DNA of 39,287 nucleotides from Escherichia phage vB_EcoP_PAS61: the sequence record OQ921333.1. One strand, written 5' to 3'. Positions 25,431 through 35,507 of the stretch are shown in pieces. Positions within the stretch are counted from its first letter, which is position 1; every line of letters starts with the position of its first letter. A program made the translations under genes and the position numbers. The notes beneath the pieces were generated by a model. That model searched no databases. It was not told where the DNA came from and saw nothing but the letters and a program-made list of their open reading frames with translations.

Positions 25431-28237
25431 TGCCAGTCGTACCAACAGTATCCGGACGTCAGGTTGAGAGCCGTGGAGTTCAGTCAGCAGGCTTGCAGAC
25501 GTTTTCTCAGCCAGGTATTGGTGATGCTTTTGTTCGGGCAGGGGCAGAGGCTATTGATGTTTTTGGTCAGGCAAAACAGCGTGCCAATATCGCTCTGGCT
25601 CAGGAGGCATCTCTTAACCTCAGTCAGATAAGCAGCGATCTGCTGAATAACCCTGAAACAGGTTTGCTTAACCTGAAAGGGAAAAATGCTATTGGAAAAG
25701 GTCAGGAGTATACGCAGCAGTTTGATGCTCAGGTCGAACAACTGGCTATGTCGCTGCCGGATGAACAGGCTCGTAATGCTTTCATGCAGCAGGCGCAGCA
25801 GCAGCGCATTCAGTTCACTACGCAGGCCGGGCGGCACGAGATAGGGCAAATCAATGCCTACGAAGAAGGACAGTTTCAGGCGACGCTGCTGAACAATGGT
25901 AAAAATGCCGCAGCATTGTATGGCGACAACGCCGCATACGTATTGGCTAATAAGCAAACTTTCCAGCAAATTGAGGATTACGGCATTGCACATGGCTGGA
26001 GCGACGAGCAAATCCAGGCCAAGAAAATCGAGTTTAAAGAGAAGGTTGCTGATGCTGCATTGTCCCAGTGGTCGGCAAACAATGCGATCTCATTTATCCA
26101 AAGTAATGGCGAGTTAAGCGATACTGCTGCTGGATCAAAGCGGGCTATTGTTAATCCTTATGGCGGAGAGCCAAAGTCCACAAAGGGAATGGTTGTTCAA
26201 GGAAATATTAATCTCTTCAACCGCCCATCTGTCAAAAATGAAGATGGGACTATCAGTACCGTTCGAACAATTTCTATAGGCACAGAAGCTGGAGAAGTTC
26301 TCATTCCCACCGTCAGTGATGATGGAAAATTGCTTTCCGATGACGAAGCTATTGCTCTGTATGAAAAAACTGGAAAACACCTTGGAATATTCGATAACCC
26401 TGAGAATGCGACCGCCTATGCTGAGAAACTTCACGAACAGCAGGATCAGTATTACGTAAAAGGTGGTGCTCGCGGTATCCGTAATAACAACCCTGGAAAT
26501 CTCGAATACAGCAAAACTAATCCGTGGGTAGGCCAGACCGGTGATGATGGTCGATTTGCTAAATTCGAAACACCTGAGCACGGGATTCGTGCATTAGGGC
26601 GTAACCTGATGTCGTATCAGCGGCAGGGTATCGATACCGTCAGCGAGATAATTAATCGCTGGGCACCGCCTACTGATAAAAATGACACTATGTCGTATAT
26701 CAAAGCAGTGTGCGAACAACTTGGCGTTTCTGCTGATGAGCCTCTCGATGCATCAAATCCTGATACCCTGAAGGCGCTTTGTGCAGCCATTATCCATCAT
26801 GAGAACGGTAGTCAGCCATACAGTGATCAGCAGTTAACTGCTGGTGTCAGTGCAGCACTTGGTTTATCAACAATTCCAACCAACACCAAACGCTATACCG
26901 GTAATGCAGCATTCGATGCGGCATCTCCTGAGGCTCAGGCAAGTTTTATGCGACAGGCGGATCAACTGCGTCGGCAGCAGCAGGCTGAATATAAAACGAT
27001 AATTGACAGCAAGGTTCGCGATGCGACGGCTGCGTATATGCGTGGCGTTGAATTTCCTAACCCACCTGGTGAGGCTGATTTTATTGCAGCTTATGGTGTC
27101 AGAGAAGGAAACCTGCGATATACCGAGTTTAAGAATACGCAGATCGCCGGACAGTATATAGGCTCTTTCCGCAACATGCCGACAAGCAGCATTACAGCAT
27201 ATGTTGAGCAATTACGCCCGGATACTGGTGAGACAGGGGAGGGTTATGCGGCACGAGCCGCTCTTTATGACAACGTTGTGTCGGCTGCAAGTCAGGTGAT
27301 AAAGCAGCGACAGGCTGATCCTGTACAGTTCTCTCTTGCCGCCGGACAGGCAAAGCCTATCGACATGAGCAATAAGGATAACTTTGGACAGAGCGTTGCC
27401 TTGCGTGCTGCTCAGGTCAGTGACCTTGCTAAGTCATATGGCACTCCACTGACGTTCTTTTCCAAAGACGAGGCCAATCAGATCGGTGTTTTCTTTCGTG
27501 ATGCGCCCGTTTCCCAACAGGCAGCATATCTCGATACCATCAGGCAGAGCACTGGTGGTGGGCAGGTGTATATGTCAGCACTACAGCAGATCAGTGCCAA
27601 CGCTCCATCTGCTGCCGTTGCCGGGATACTGATGGATAAGCCAGGTGGTATTTTGGCAGAAAAAAACTGGTTTAATCCGGATGTTTCCGTGTCTCCAGAA
27701 ACCGCTGCGCAGACAATTCTTGCTGGCGCGGCGGCTCGTAAAGGTACTGATGACGCGAAAGGTATTCCGATGCCTAAAGATGCTGATCTTCGCCTTGAGT
27801 TTTCTGACATGGTGAAGGATGCATTTGCTGGTGATGCTCAGGGGGCATCAATGGCATACGAGATCGCAAAGGACTATTACGCTGGTGTGATGGCGAAAAA
27901 AGGCGTGGTATCAGGCGAAATTGACAATGATATCTGGAAACAGGCTGTTAACGTAGCTACAGGTGGCGTGCATGACTATAACGGAATGGGGAATGTTCTT
28001 TTGCCGTGGGGAATGTCTGCAGAGCAATTCGATAAGCAGGTTAATCAGGCTTGGAATGAACAAGTTGTTGGCACAGGGATAAAAACACCGCCTGGTCAGT
28101 ATGGTTTGCAAAGTTACGGCGATAGTCAGTACCTGGTGAAACTTGGTACTGGTTATCTGCTAAAAGATGATGGTTCTCCCGTTGTTCTTGATCTGACACA
28201 GAAGCGTCAGAGATTCTCCGGAGATATTCCGCAATGA
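25430..28237 (+). CDS. Large internal virion/ejection protein, possibly with a cell-wall-degrading domain
   Basis: 935 aa; central conserved-looking block [15 protein letters not shown]...[14 protein letters not shown]; start set at ATG overlapping upstream stop with GGAGGA RBS. Confidence 0.6.
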   Translation: MPVVPTVSGRQVESRGVQSAGLQTFSQPGIGDAFVRAGAEAIDVFGQAKQRANIALAQEASLNLSQISSDLLNNPETGLLNLKGKNAIGKGQEYTQQFDAQVEQLAMSLPDEQARNAFMQQAQQQRIQFTTQAGRHEIGQINAYEEGQFQATLLNNGKNAAALYGDNAAYVLANKQTFQQIEDYGIAHGWSDEQIQAKKIEFKEKVADAALSQWSANNAISFIQSNGELSDTAAGSKRAIVNPYGGEPKSTKGMVVQGNINLFNRPSVKNEDGTISTVRTISIGTEAGEVLIPTVSDDGKLLSDDEAIALYEKTGKHLGIFDNPENATAYAEKLHEQQDQYYVKGGARGIRNNNPGNLEYSKTNPWVGQTGDDGRFAKFETPEHGIRALGRNLMSYQRQGIDTVSEIINRWAPPTDKNDTMSYIKAVCEQLGVSADEPLDASNPDTLKALCAAIIHHENGSQPYSDQQLTAGVSAALGLSTIPTNTKRYTGNAAFDAASPEAQASFMRQADQLRRQQQAEYKTIIDSKVRDATAAYMRGVEFPNPPGEADFIAAYGVREGNLRYTEFKNTQIAGQYIGSFRNMPTSSITAYVEQLRPDTGETGEGYAARAALYDNVVSAASQVIKQRQADPVQFSLAAGQAKPIDMSNKDNFGQSVALRAAQVSDLAKSYGTPLTFFSKDEANQIGVFFRDAPVSQQAAYLDTIRQSTGGGQVYMSALQQISANAPSAAVAGILMDKPGGILAEKNWFNPDVSVSPETAAQTILAGAAARKGTDDAKGIPMPKDADLRLEFSDMVKDAFAGDAQGASMAYEIAKDYYAGVMAKKGVVSGEIDNDIWKQAVNVATGGVHDYNGMGNVLLPWGMSAEQFDKQVNQAWNEQVVGTGIKTPPGQYGLQSYGDSQYLVKLGTGYLLKDDGSPVVLDLTQKRQRFSGDIPQ

Positions 28238-30036
28238 GTTACTTTGGCCTTAATCCAGTAAACCAGAATCAGCAGCTTGACGAAGCAGCATCAAATCCAG
28301 TTGGCTTTAACAGCGATGTTGGTTTTTTCGACAATGCTGTAGGAGCGGCATTGTCTGGTTTGTACTCCGGGCTGGTGGCAAAGCCAGATCAGTTTCTATG
28401 GGCAGGGATGGATAAAATCGTATCCCCGATTGCTCAGCTTGTTAACGAAAACACCTCGCTCAATGACACTTCAGTTTCATACATTGCTGAGCAGAGAAAA
28501 CTAGCAGAGCAGCAGGTTAAGCGGCTGACGCCTGATGCCGCGACAACCGGAACCGCCGGGCAGGTCCTTTATGGGTTGTTCGATATGGGCGGGCAGGCTG
28601 TTGTCGGTACAACGCTCGGTGGTCCTGTCGGAGGTGCTGCGGCGGTAACTTCTCTACAGGGTTTTTCTGAGTTTGAACGGTTGACAGCACAGGGTGTTGA
28701 TTTCAGGACGGCGCAGGAAGCGGGATTAGTGCAGGGTATTACTGCTGGTGCCGGAACACTGATCCCTATGAGCCTCGGGTTACGTGCTGGTGGTGCGCTG
28801 GCGGAAGGTGTGGCGGCTCAGCTTGCGCGGACGGGTGAAAGTTCAGTGCGACGCGCCGCAGCAACAGCAGTACGTGCAACGCCAGATATTGCCTATGCCG
28901 CAGGTACAAATATTGCGTTCGGTATGGCACAGCGTGGGCTTACTGCAAAAACGCTTCGTGATGGTGGCTATAGCGAAATGGCTAACCAGTATGATGTGTT
29001 GGATCGACAGGCAATTGCTATTGATGCTGTTCTTGGGGTGGCGTTTGGTGGTGTCGGCAGATTTATTAACTCTCGCGGCGAGTCTACAAGCGCACCAAAT
29101 TTTTCACCAGTTGATATTGATGCTGCACTGGCGGCGAATGCCGCTCATCATGCTGAAATTGATATTGCTCCCGGCGTTCCGATCAACGTGCTTTCGCGTA
29201 ATTCGCACATTCAGGCTCTGCGAAAAGCCATGTCTGATGTTAGCCAGGGGAGACCTGTAGACGTTGCCAGCATTGTTGAGTCTGCATCTTTCAGTGAAAT
29301 TCCTGGGCGCAAGAGTCTGCTGTCTCAGGCAGTTAATGAGGCTCTGTCATCTGTAGATGATGGAGTAACGGCGCGCGCTATAGAAAATCGGTTGCTTGAA
29401 GAACAGGCCGCGCAGCTTTTGTCGCGTGGCGATAGACAGGTTTACCAGTCTGAAATCGCTAATAGCCAACGAATTATTGAAAATCTCACTGAACAGCGCG
29501 CACAAATTCTTGCAGAAGAGCCAACCGGTAGCGGTAAGGCTTTATCTCGTGCTCGATCAGATAAACAGGCCAGACTTCGCGATATTGACCAACGAATCCG
29601 GCAGGCACAAGAACGCCTGGAATTTTCTCGTAACGCGTTGGCGCCGCACGAGCCTGGAGGTCAGTTTTTTGAAGCTCGAGCAGAACTGGCACGACGACAG
29701 CAGGCAGAAAGTGAACTTAATGCTCAGGCTGTTTCATTCTATAAAACAGCAGAGGTCAGGACGCCAGACGAAGTAGCTCCTTTTGAGCCCGGTAAGATAT
29801 TGCAACAGACAGAACAAAAAATGATGGCAGATCCGGCAGGAGATATTGATCTGCGTATAGCTGAAGACTCGCTGCTTGAATCTCCGGACATGATAATCAC
29901 CGTGCTGGATGATGATGGTAATCCACAATCGCGCAGTGCGCGTGAAGTACTGGATGAAGCGAACAGGGAAAGTGAGCAGGCAATACAGGATTCCAGCCTG
30001 TTTGATGTCGCTGTGGCGTGTTTCTTGAGAGGTTAA
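28234..30036 (+). CDS. Internal virion/ejection protein
   Basis: 600 aa; Ala/Gly-rich with predicted hydrophobic stretches; gene order. Confidence 0.55.
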   Translation: MSYFGLNPVNQNQQLDEAASNPVGFNSDVGFFDNAVGAALSGLYSGLVAKPDQFLWAGMDKIVSPIAQLVNENTSLNDTSVSYIAEQRKLAEQQVKRLTPDAATTGTAGQVLYGLFDMGGQAVVGTTLGGPVGGAAAVTSLQGFSEFERLTAQGVDFRTAQEAGLVQGITAGAGTLIPMSLGLRAGGALAEGVAAQLARTGESSVRRAAATAVRATPDIAYAAGTNIAFGMAQRGLTAKTLRDGGYSEMANQYDVLDRQAIAIDAVLGVAFGGVGRFINSRGESTSAPNFSPVDIDAALAANAAHHAEIDIAPGVPINVLSRNSHIQALRKAMSDVSQGRPVDVASIVESASFSEIPGRKSLLSQAVNEALSSVDDGVTARAIENRLLEEQAAQLLSRGDRQVYQSEIANSQRIIENLTEQRAQILAEEPTGSGKALSRARSDKQARLRDIDQRIRQAQERLEFSRNALAPHEPGGQFFEARAELARRQQAESELNAQAVSFYKTAEVRTPDEVAPFEPGKILQQTEQKMMADPAGDIDLRIAEDSLLESPDMIITVLDDDGNPQSRSAREVLDEANRESEQAIQDSSLFDVAVACFLRG

Positions 30037-30041
30037 ATTAA

Positions 30042-32516
30042 ATGAGACAGGAATGTATACAAGCGGTCCAGCAGGCGGCGCAGCGCACGTTAACGGCGCG
30101 AGAAATACAGAACATTGAAGACCGCATTTATCGAAATATGCGCTCCATTGCTCGTGATGACCCGATGTCGTGGAGACAACTTTCCGAATCAGAGCGGCTA
30201 TATCGTGCAGCACAATTGGCATCTGAAGAATTACAGCGAGAAGCGGCATTAAAGAAACGTCGTGTGGCCCTCACTATAGCCGCACGTCAGAGATTGGATA
30301 AATTTATCAATAGCTATCAAGGGGCTGATGGGAAACTTGGCGCTCTTAACCGTACTATTGCTTTTAATGCAGACGGTAAATCGAATTTCCTCTCTGTTGA
30401 GTCCAGAACAAAAGCCACTCGTGATTATGCATTGAGTCAATTGCAGGAGGCATTCGAAGCAGTTGATCCTCGCTTTTTTGTTCTGTTTGAAGATGAAGCG
30501 GGCGTACGTGACCTGGTATATGAAATGCGAGGGCAAAATACTGGCAATGCTAAAGCAAGAAAAGGTGCTAAGGCGTGGAGAGAAGTGACAGATCTACTGC
30601 GCCGCCGGTTTAATGATGCTGGTGGGGACATTGGCTATCTCGAAAACTGGGGGATCCCTCAACATCATTCTATGGAAAAGGTTGGGGCGGTATCAAAGGA
30701 TAAGTGGGTTAGCGATGTTATAGGTAAGCTGGATCGCAAATATTATATCCGAGCCGATGGACAACTGATGAACGATGCCGAGTTGTCTGCATTTCTTGGA
30801 GAGGCTTATAACACGATCGCTACTGGTGGGCTGAATAAGCTTACTGATACCGGAATGCGAATTTCCGGCGCACGTGCTAACCGTGGTAATGCATCACGAC
30901 AGATACATTTCAAAGATGCAGATTCCTATCTGCAATATCAGCAACTTTATGGCGATCGCTCTCTATGGGAAATCATAGTCGGTCACCTGGAAGGTATCAG
31001 TAAAGATATTGCACTGGTGGAAACATATGGCCCAAACCCCGATCATGTTTTCCGCTCTCTTCTTGATCAGGTTAAGGCAGAAACGGCAACTGCTAACCAG
31101 AGTAAAACCGGTAAAGTCGAGCGGCTGGCGAACAACACAGAGAATCTGTACAACTTTATTTCCGGAAAGACACAGCCTGTAGCGAATCCGCACATCGCGC
31201 GATGGTCTGACAATATCCGCAACTGGCTGGTTGCCAGCAGACTCGGATCCGCGTTGCTGTCATCGTTCTCTGATCTTGGAACCATGTATCTGTCTGCGAA
31301 GGTTACCAACCTTCCAATGAACCAGTTATTCCGCAACCAGCTTGAAGCTATGGACCCAACGAACCGTACAGAACTTGCGCGGGCGCGCCGCGCTGGTCTG
31401 GCGATGGAATCTCTACTTGGCAGCGTTAACCGCTGGGCGATGGATAATATGGGGCCGTCAGTGTCTCGTTGGGCGGCAACGGCGGTAATGCGTGCCAGTG
31501 GGCTTACAGCATGGTCAGATGCGCACAAGCGCGCCTATGGCGTAACCATGATGGGAAGCCTGGGAGAAGTAGTGTCACGGACACCAGACCTTCGTAGCCT
31601 CGATGACTCTGATTTTCGTATCCTGAAAAGCAAAGGGATTACTGACACAGACTGGAGCGTATGGAAGTTGGCGCAACAGGAGGACTGGGGGAACGGTAAT
31701 AATACGATGCTGACACCGGAAAGCATTATGCGTATCCCTGATTCAGCAGTTAAACATCTTGGTGAGCCTGAACGCGTGAAATTTGAGGCAATGCGTAAAC
31801 TGCTCGGTGCCGTAACTGAAGAAGTTGATATGGCTGTTATTACACCGGGAGCACGTGAGCAACTGATAACCGGTTCTGGTATTCAGCGTGGAACATGGAA
31901 AGGTGAATTAACGAGAAGTGTTTTCCTGTTTAAATCGTTCCCTATCTCGGTTGTTATGCGTCACTGGTCACGCGCTATGGGTATGCCGTCTGCTGGTGGG
32001 CGTGCGGCATATATTGCGACGTTTATTGCCAGTACGACCATTCTTGGCGCTTTGTCGCAGCAACTTAACGACCTTGCGTCTGGTCGTAATCCTCGAGAGA
32101 TGACAGGAGAAGATGCCGCAAAATTCTGGCTTGGTGCTCTACTGAAAGGTGGTGGTCTTGGCCTTTACGGTGACTTTTTATTGTCAGATCACACTAGGTA
32201 CGGAAGCGGCGCGCTGGCATCGATGCTTGGCCCGGTAGCTGGTCTGGTTGATGACGTAGTGAAGATTGCTCAGGGCATACCGTTAAATGCTGTGGAAGGG
32301 AAGAATGAGCAGACTGGTGGTGATCTGGTTAAGCTGGGGAAAGGTCTGATGCCAGGTGCGAATCTCTGGTACTTAAAGGCGGCTCTCGATCACATGATCT
32401 TTAACCAGATGCAGGAGTATTTTTCACCAGGTTATTTGCGTAAAATGGAGCAACGTTCGAAGAAAGAGTTTAACCAGACATACTGGTGGCGACCACAGGA
32501 TGTCACTCCGCAATAA
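30042..32516 (+). CDS. Internal virion/DNA-ejection protein
   Basis: 824 aa; last gene of the injection block, followed by terminator. Confidence 0.55.
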   Translation: MRQECIQAVQQAAQRTLTAREIQNIEDRIYRNMRSIARDDPMSWRQLSESERLYRAAQLASEELQREAALKKRRVALTIAARQRLDKFINSYQGADGKLGALNRTIAFNADGKSNFLSVESRTKATRDYALSQLQEAFEAVDPRFFVLFEDEAGVRDLVYEMRGQNTGNAKARKGAKAWREVTDLLRRRFNDAGGDIGYLENWGIPQHHSMEKVGAVSKDKWVSDVIGKLDRKYYIRADGQLMNDAELSAFLGEAYNTIATGGLNKLTDTGMRISGARANRGNASRQIHFKDADSYLQYQQLYGDRSLWEIIVGHLEGISKDIALVETYGPNPDHVFRSLLDQVKAETATANQSKTGKVERLANNTENLYNFISGKTQPVANPHIARWSDNIRNWLVASRLGSALLSSFSDLGTMYLSAKVTNLPMNQLFRNQLEAMDPTNRTELARARRAGLAMESLLGSVNRWAMDNMGPSVSRWAATAVMRASGLTAWSDAHKRAYGVTMMGSLGEVVSRTPDLRSLDDSDFRILKSKGITDTDWSVWKLAQQEDWGNGNNTMLTPESIMRIPDSAVKHLGEPERVKFEAMRKLLGAVTEEVDMAVITPGAREQLITGSGIQRGTWKGELTRSVFLFKSFPISVVMRHWSRAMGMPSAGGRAAYIATFIASTTILGALSQQLNDLASGRNPREMTGEDAAKFWLGALLKGGGLGLYGDFLLSDHTRYGSGALASMLGPVAGLVDDVVKIAQGIPLNAVEGKNEQTGGDLVKLGKGLMPGANLWYLKAALDHMIFNQMQEYFSPGYLRKMEQRSKKEFNQTYWWRPQDVTPQ

Positions 32517-32525
32517 GGATGAGAA

Positions 32526-32666
32526 ATGATTGCTTTTATTCTTGTTGTGTTTGCGCTTGTTGCACTTGGCGTTATGAACCGTAAATGTATCATTGACGAT
32601 GGCGAATTTGCTGTTGCAGTTATTTTGATATTATCTGGTGTAGCAGGGTACATAGGCTTGTCATAA
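32526..32666 (+). CDS. Small hydrophobic membrane peptide (46 aa)
   Basis: Hand translation MIAFILVVFALVALGVMNRKCIIDDGEFAVAVILILSGVAGYIGLS; AAGGA RBS 6 nt upstream; below ORF-track cutoff. Confidence 0.4.
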   Translation: MIAFILVVFALVALGVMNRKCIIDDGEFAVAVILILSGVAGYIGLS

Positions 32667-32686
32667 CGTGAGCGTGACATGTCACA

Positions 32687-32712
32687 GGCCGCTTTCGCGG
32701 CCTTTAAATTTA
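32687..32712 (+). terminator. Rho-independent terminator (GGCCGC-TTTC-GCGGCC + U-rich tail) ending the injection operon
   Basis: Perfect 6-bp GC stem plus U-run; GTGACATGTCAC palindrome directly upstream. Confidence 0.6.
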
Positions 32713-32967
32713 CCGGGTTTGTTTTCGTAATTGTTCGGCACAATAGTCGAGATGTGTTTGCAGATCCTGCATAGACATCTGTGAGCTGGTGACGTAGTTA
32801 ATCAGTGCAGTCAGTTCGGCAAGTGGGCCATCGACATTAAATCCATCCTTATCGAGATCCCGGAGTAATTTCATCAAGTGCGATCCATCCACCAGTGACC
32901 TGACGCCTCCCGGCGTGTGAATCCTTTCGGTAAATCCGTCTTCCAGTGGATAGTGATACTGCTGCAT
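32710..32967 (-). CDS. Moron gene of unknown function (85 aa) with its own promoter/operator
   Basis: Start moved to internal ATG (MQQYHYPLEDG) with GGAG RBS; upstream 41 codons of the track ORF run through AT-rich regulatory sequence. Confidence 0.5.
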   Translation of the reverse strand: MQQYHYPLEDGFTERIHTPGGVRSLVDGSHLMKLLRDLDKDGFNVDGPLAELTALINYVTSSQMSMQDLQTHLDYCAEQLRKQTR

Positions 32968-33004
32968 CTTATCTTCTCCATGCAATAACTGTATATTTAT
33001 ACAG

Positions 33005-33098
33005 TAGCAAATAATTTGTTTGCTATCCAGCACGTTTTGCAAATTACCAGAAAGGTAATATCTATTCTTATTCACAGTCTTTCTATCCATATGTGGTT
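33005..33098. promoter_or_regulatory. Regulatory region between moron and tailspike: perfect palindrome TAGCAAA-N7-TTTGCTA (33005-33025), TTACCAGAAAGGTAA (33044-33058), CATATGTGGTT (33088-33098)
   Basis: Motifs read directly. Confidence 0.45.
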
Positions 33099-33162
33099 TT
33101 TCAGGTAATAGAATAACTAGATATGCGGCGCAACGGGTGCTGCGACTATCTGGAGATTTAAC

Positions 33163-35400
33163 ATGACGGTCTCAACCGAAGTTGACCACAACGAATACAC
33201 AGGTAACGGCGTTACAACATCATTTCCGTATACCTTTAGGGTTTTCAAGGAATCTGATCTGGTAGTACAGGTGGTTGACTTGAACGAGAATATCACTGTG
33301 CTGGTTCTTGATACTGATTACACAGTTACAGGGGCTGGAGGATATAACGGCGGCAATGTAATTCTGTCGAAGGCGTTGGCTAACGGTTATCAGATTTCTA
33401 TATCACGAGAGCTGCCGGTTACGCAGGAAACAGATCTACGCAATCAAGGCAAGTTCTTTGCAGAGGTGCATGAGGATGCGTTTGATAAGCTAACGATGTT
33501 GATCCAGCAGGTTAGAAGTTGGTTTAGCTTGGCGCTTCGCAAGCCGTCATTCGTGGCAAACTATTATGATGCGCTTAACAATTACATCAGAAATTTGCGT
33601 GACCCGTTACTTCCGCAGGATGCTGCAACAAAGAATTATGCTGATGAGCTTAGCGCAAATAACACGTCACACACTGATTTTCTCTTTAGCAGAACGCTGA
33701 GAACTGCGGAAGAAATACCACAACTACCTTCCATTGAGTTCAGAAGAAACAAAATCATCGGGATGGATAACGATGGCAATCCGATAATGCTTGTTCCTGA
33801 GTCAGGATCAGCTTCTGATGTTTTAATTGAGTTGGCAAAACCAACTGGTGCTTCATACATAGGGATCCCTAAAGGAGGGTTTCTATCAGACGTTTTATAC
33901 TATTCCACCCCTAAAGAATTCGGTGGGGTTGGCGATGGTATTACTGATGATACGGCAGCGATTGTTGCAGCAGTAAATACCGGATTGCCATTGGTCTTAT
34001 GTGGTGGTAAATGGCGGATAACATCCACTATAGAGCTTCCTGATTGTTATGCAGTGGACGCAAGATGTTCTCACATTATAGCTGATACCGGTTTTCAGCC
34101 TGTTTTTTTATTTAAGGGAAAAAACTATGGGCTTCATTATGCTGGTGGTCTTGTAACAGGAACCGCCAGTTCATTCATGTATATTGAAGGTGAGACTGAC
34201 GTTCCTACGACCAGTAACCAATATGCAAAATTGGTTGAGTTGTATGGTGTGAATATTTCTTCAAAAACCATTATAACCTCACTGATAATGAAAAAAGCAG
34301 TTCGGCAGATATTTATTGATTCATGTTTTTTCTACTCTAAAAATGGCATTGAAGCAGAGGGAAAAACAGTTGAGATTACAATTGACAAATCAATAATATA
34401 CGGTTCAACAGCAGACACTGACAGTTTTGGCATCAAGCTTTCTAGCACAGGTGGAACCAGGTTTTACAACGAAGGATGGCATATTTCAGATTCTACTATT
34501 GATAACTTTGCTAACACGCTTGATTTGGCTGATATATTTGTATTTACAGTTAGTAAAGGTTATGTTGCATGCAATGCGACAACGGCATATGCTGTTACTA
34601 TCAGACCACCAACCACAACAACGCATACTCGAGAAATTCAATTTGATGGTGTTCTTGGCGGAAAAATTAGATTTCTTGATACAGTTTCTGGTCAGACAAT
34701 ATTTCACACAAAAATTTCTGGTGAGATTACAAACTGCAAACAGGGAACTTGTCTTTCCATAGGAGCAAATGCCGCAGGAATTGATATTAGAAGCCTGAGA
34801 GTTACTTCCTCACCTGGATGTACATTATCATCAGTAGCAAATGGATCAGCAAACATTAATTATTCTGATATTTCTACTGATTCATCTTTGGCTGCAGGTA
34901 TTATCTTCAATGGTGAAGCAGGTGGTAATTGCTCAATATCAGACTACCTGTACTCAGGGACTGGAGAGGCGTTATCACTTGCTAGGCCGGTTAAGCTTTC
35001 CAATGTTCCTACAGTTGGTAGCGAAACTTTGAATTGGTCTATAAAGTACGATTATGTATCTGCATCAAAAGATGTCGCAGTTGGAGCATACATAAACCAA
35101 CTTCAAATGACTATTGCAAGATATAGTAAGATAGAGATCAATATAAATCTTTCATATTCTGGGGGCGCAGAGAGCAATGCCCAGGCAATTGGAATAACAG
35201 CTCCTACTGGAGTGGTTCTGCCAAATGGTACAAACTCGATGCTGTTCACATTACCAGCAACGGCGGGATCATTGACTATGAGCATTGTTGCTACAACAAC
35301 GCTAGACTTCAAGAACCTGTCATTCAGCATCGATAACAGAGCTGGTAACCAACTGCGGATTTTGGCCGGTTCCCACTTGTCTGTATCGCTGGCTAACTGA
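33163..35400 (+). CDS. Tailspike protein: T7 gp17-like N-terminal adaptor domain plus beta-helix (pectate-lyase-like) receptor-binding/depolymerase body
   Basis: 745 aa; N-terminus TGNGVTTSFPYTFRVF...DTDYTV; GGVGDGITDDTAAI motif typical of right-handed beta-helix tailspikes; AT-rich. Confidence 0.75.
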   Translation: MTVSTEVDHNEYTGNGVTTSFPYTFRVFKESDLVVQVVDLNENITVLVLDTDYTVTGAGGYNGGNVILSKALANGYQISISRELPVTQETDLRNQGKFFAEVHEDAFDKLTMLIQQVRSWFSLALRKPSFVANYYDALNNYIRNLRDPLLPQDAATKNYADELSANNTSHTDFLFSRTLRTAEEIPQLPSIEFRRNKIIGMDNDGNPIMLVPESGSASDVLIELAKPTGASYIGIPKGGFLSDVLYYSTPKEFGGVGDGITDDTAAIVAAVNTGLPLVLCGGKWRITSTIELPDCYAVDARCSHIIADTGFQPVFLFKGKNYGLHYAGGLVTGTASSFMYIEGETDVPTTSNQYAKLVELYGVNISSKTIITSLIMKKAVRQIFIDSCFFYSKNGIEAEGKTVEITIDKSIIYGSTADTDSFGIKLSSTGGTRFYNEGWHISDSTIDNFANTLDLADIFVFTVSKGYVACNATTAYAVTIRPPTTTTHTREIQFDGVLGGKIRFLDTVSGQTIFHTKISGEITNCKQGTCLSIGANAAGIDIRSLRVTSSPGCTLSSVANGSANINYSDISTDSSLAAGIIFNGEAGGNCSISDYLYSGTGEALSLARPVKLSNVPTVGSETLNWSIKYDYVSASKDVAVGAYINQLQMTIARYSKIEININLSYSGGAESNAQAIGITAPTGVVLPNGTNSMLFTLPATAGSLTMSIVATTTLDFKNLSFSIDNRAGNQLRILAGSHLSVSLAN

Positions 35401-35507
35401 TGATGTTATGACATGGATGTCAAATGATTCAGCGTATGAAATGGAATGGTAGTCGCTTTCGTGCTATAACCTGCTGATTCGTTTACTGAGCAGACTTGAA
35501 CATTGTA

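Noticed and set aside
32710-33090. Full-length 126-aa version of the minus-strand moron starting at 33090
   Set aside because: The first 41 codons run through AT-rich sequence containing the palindromic operator and the CATATGTGGTT motif; an internal ATG at 32967 with a GGAG RBS is more plausible
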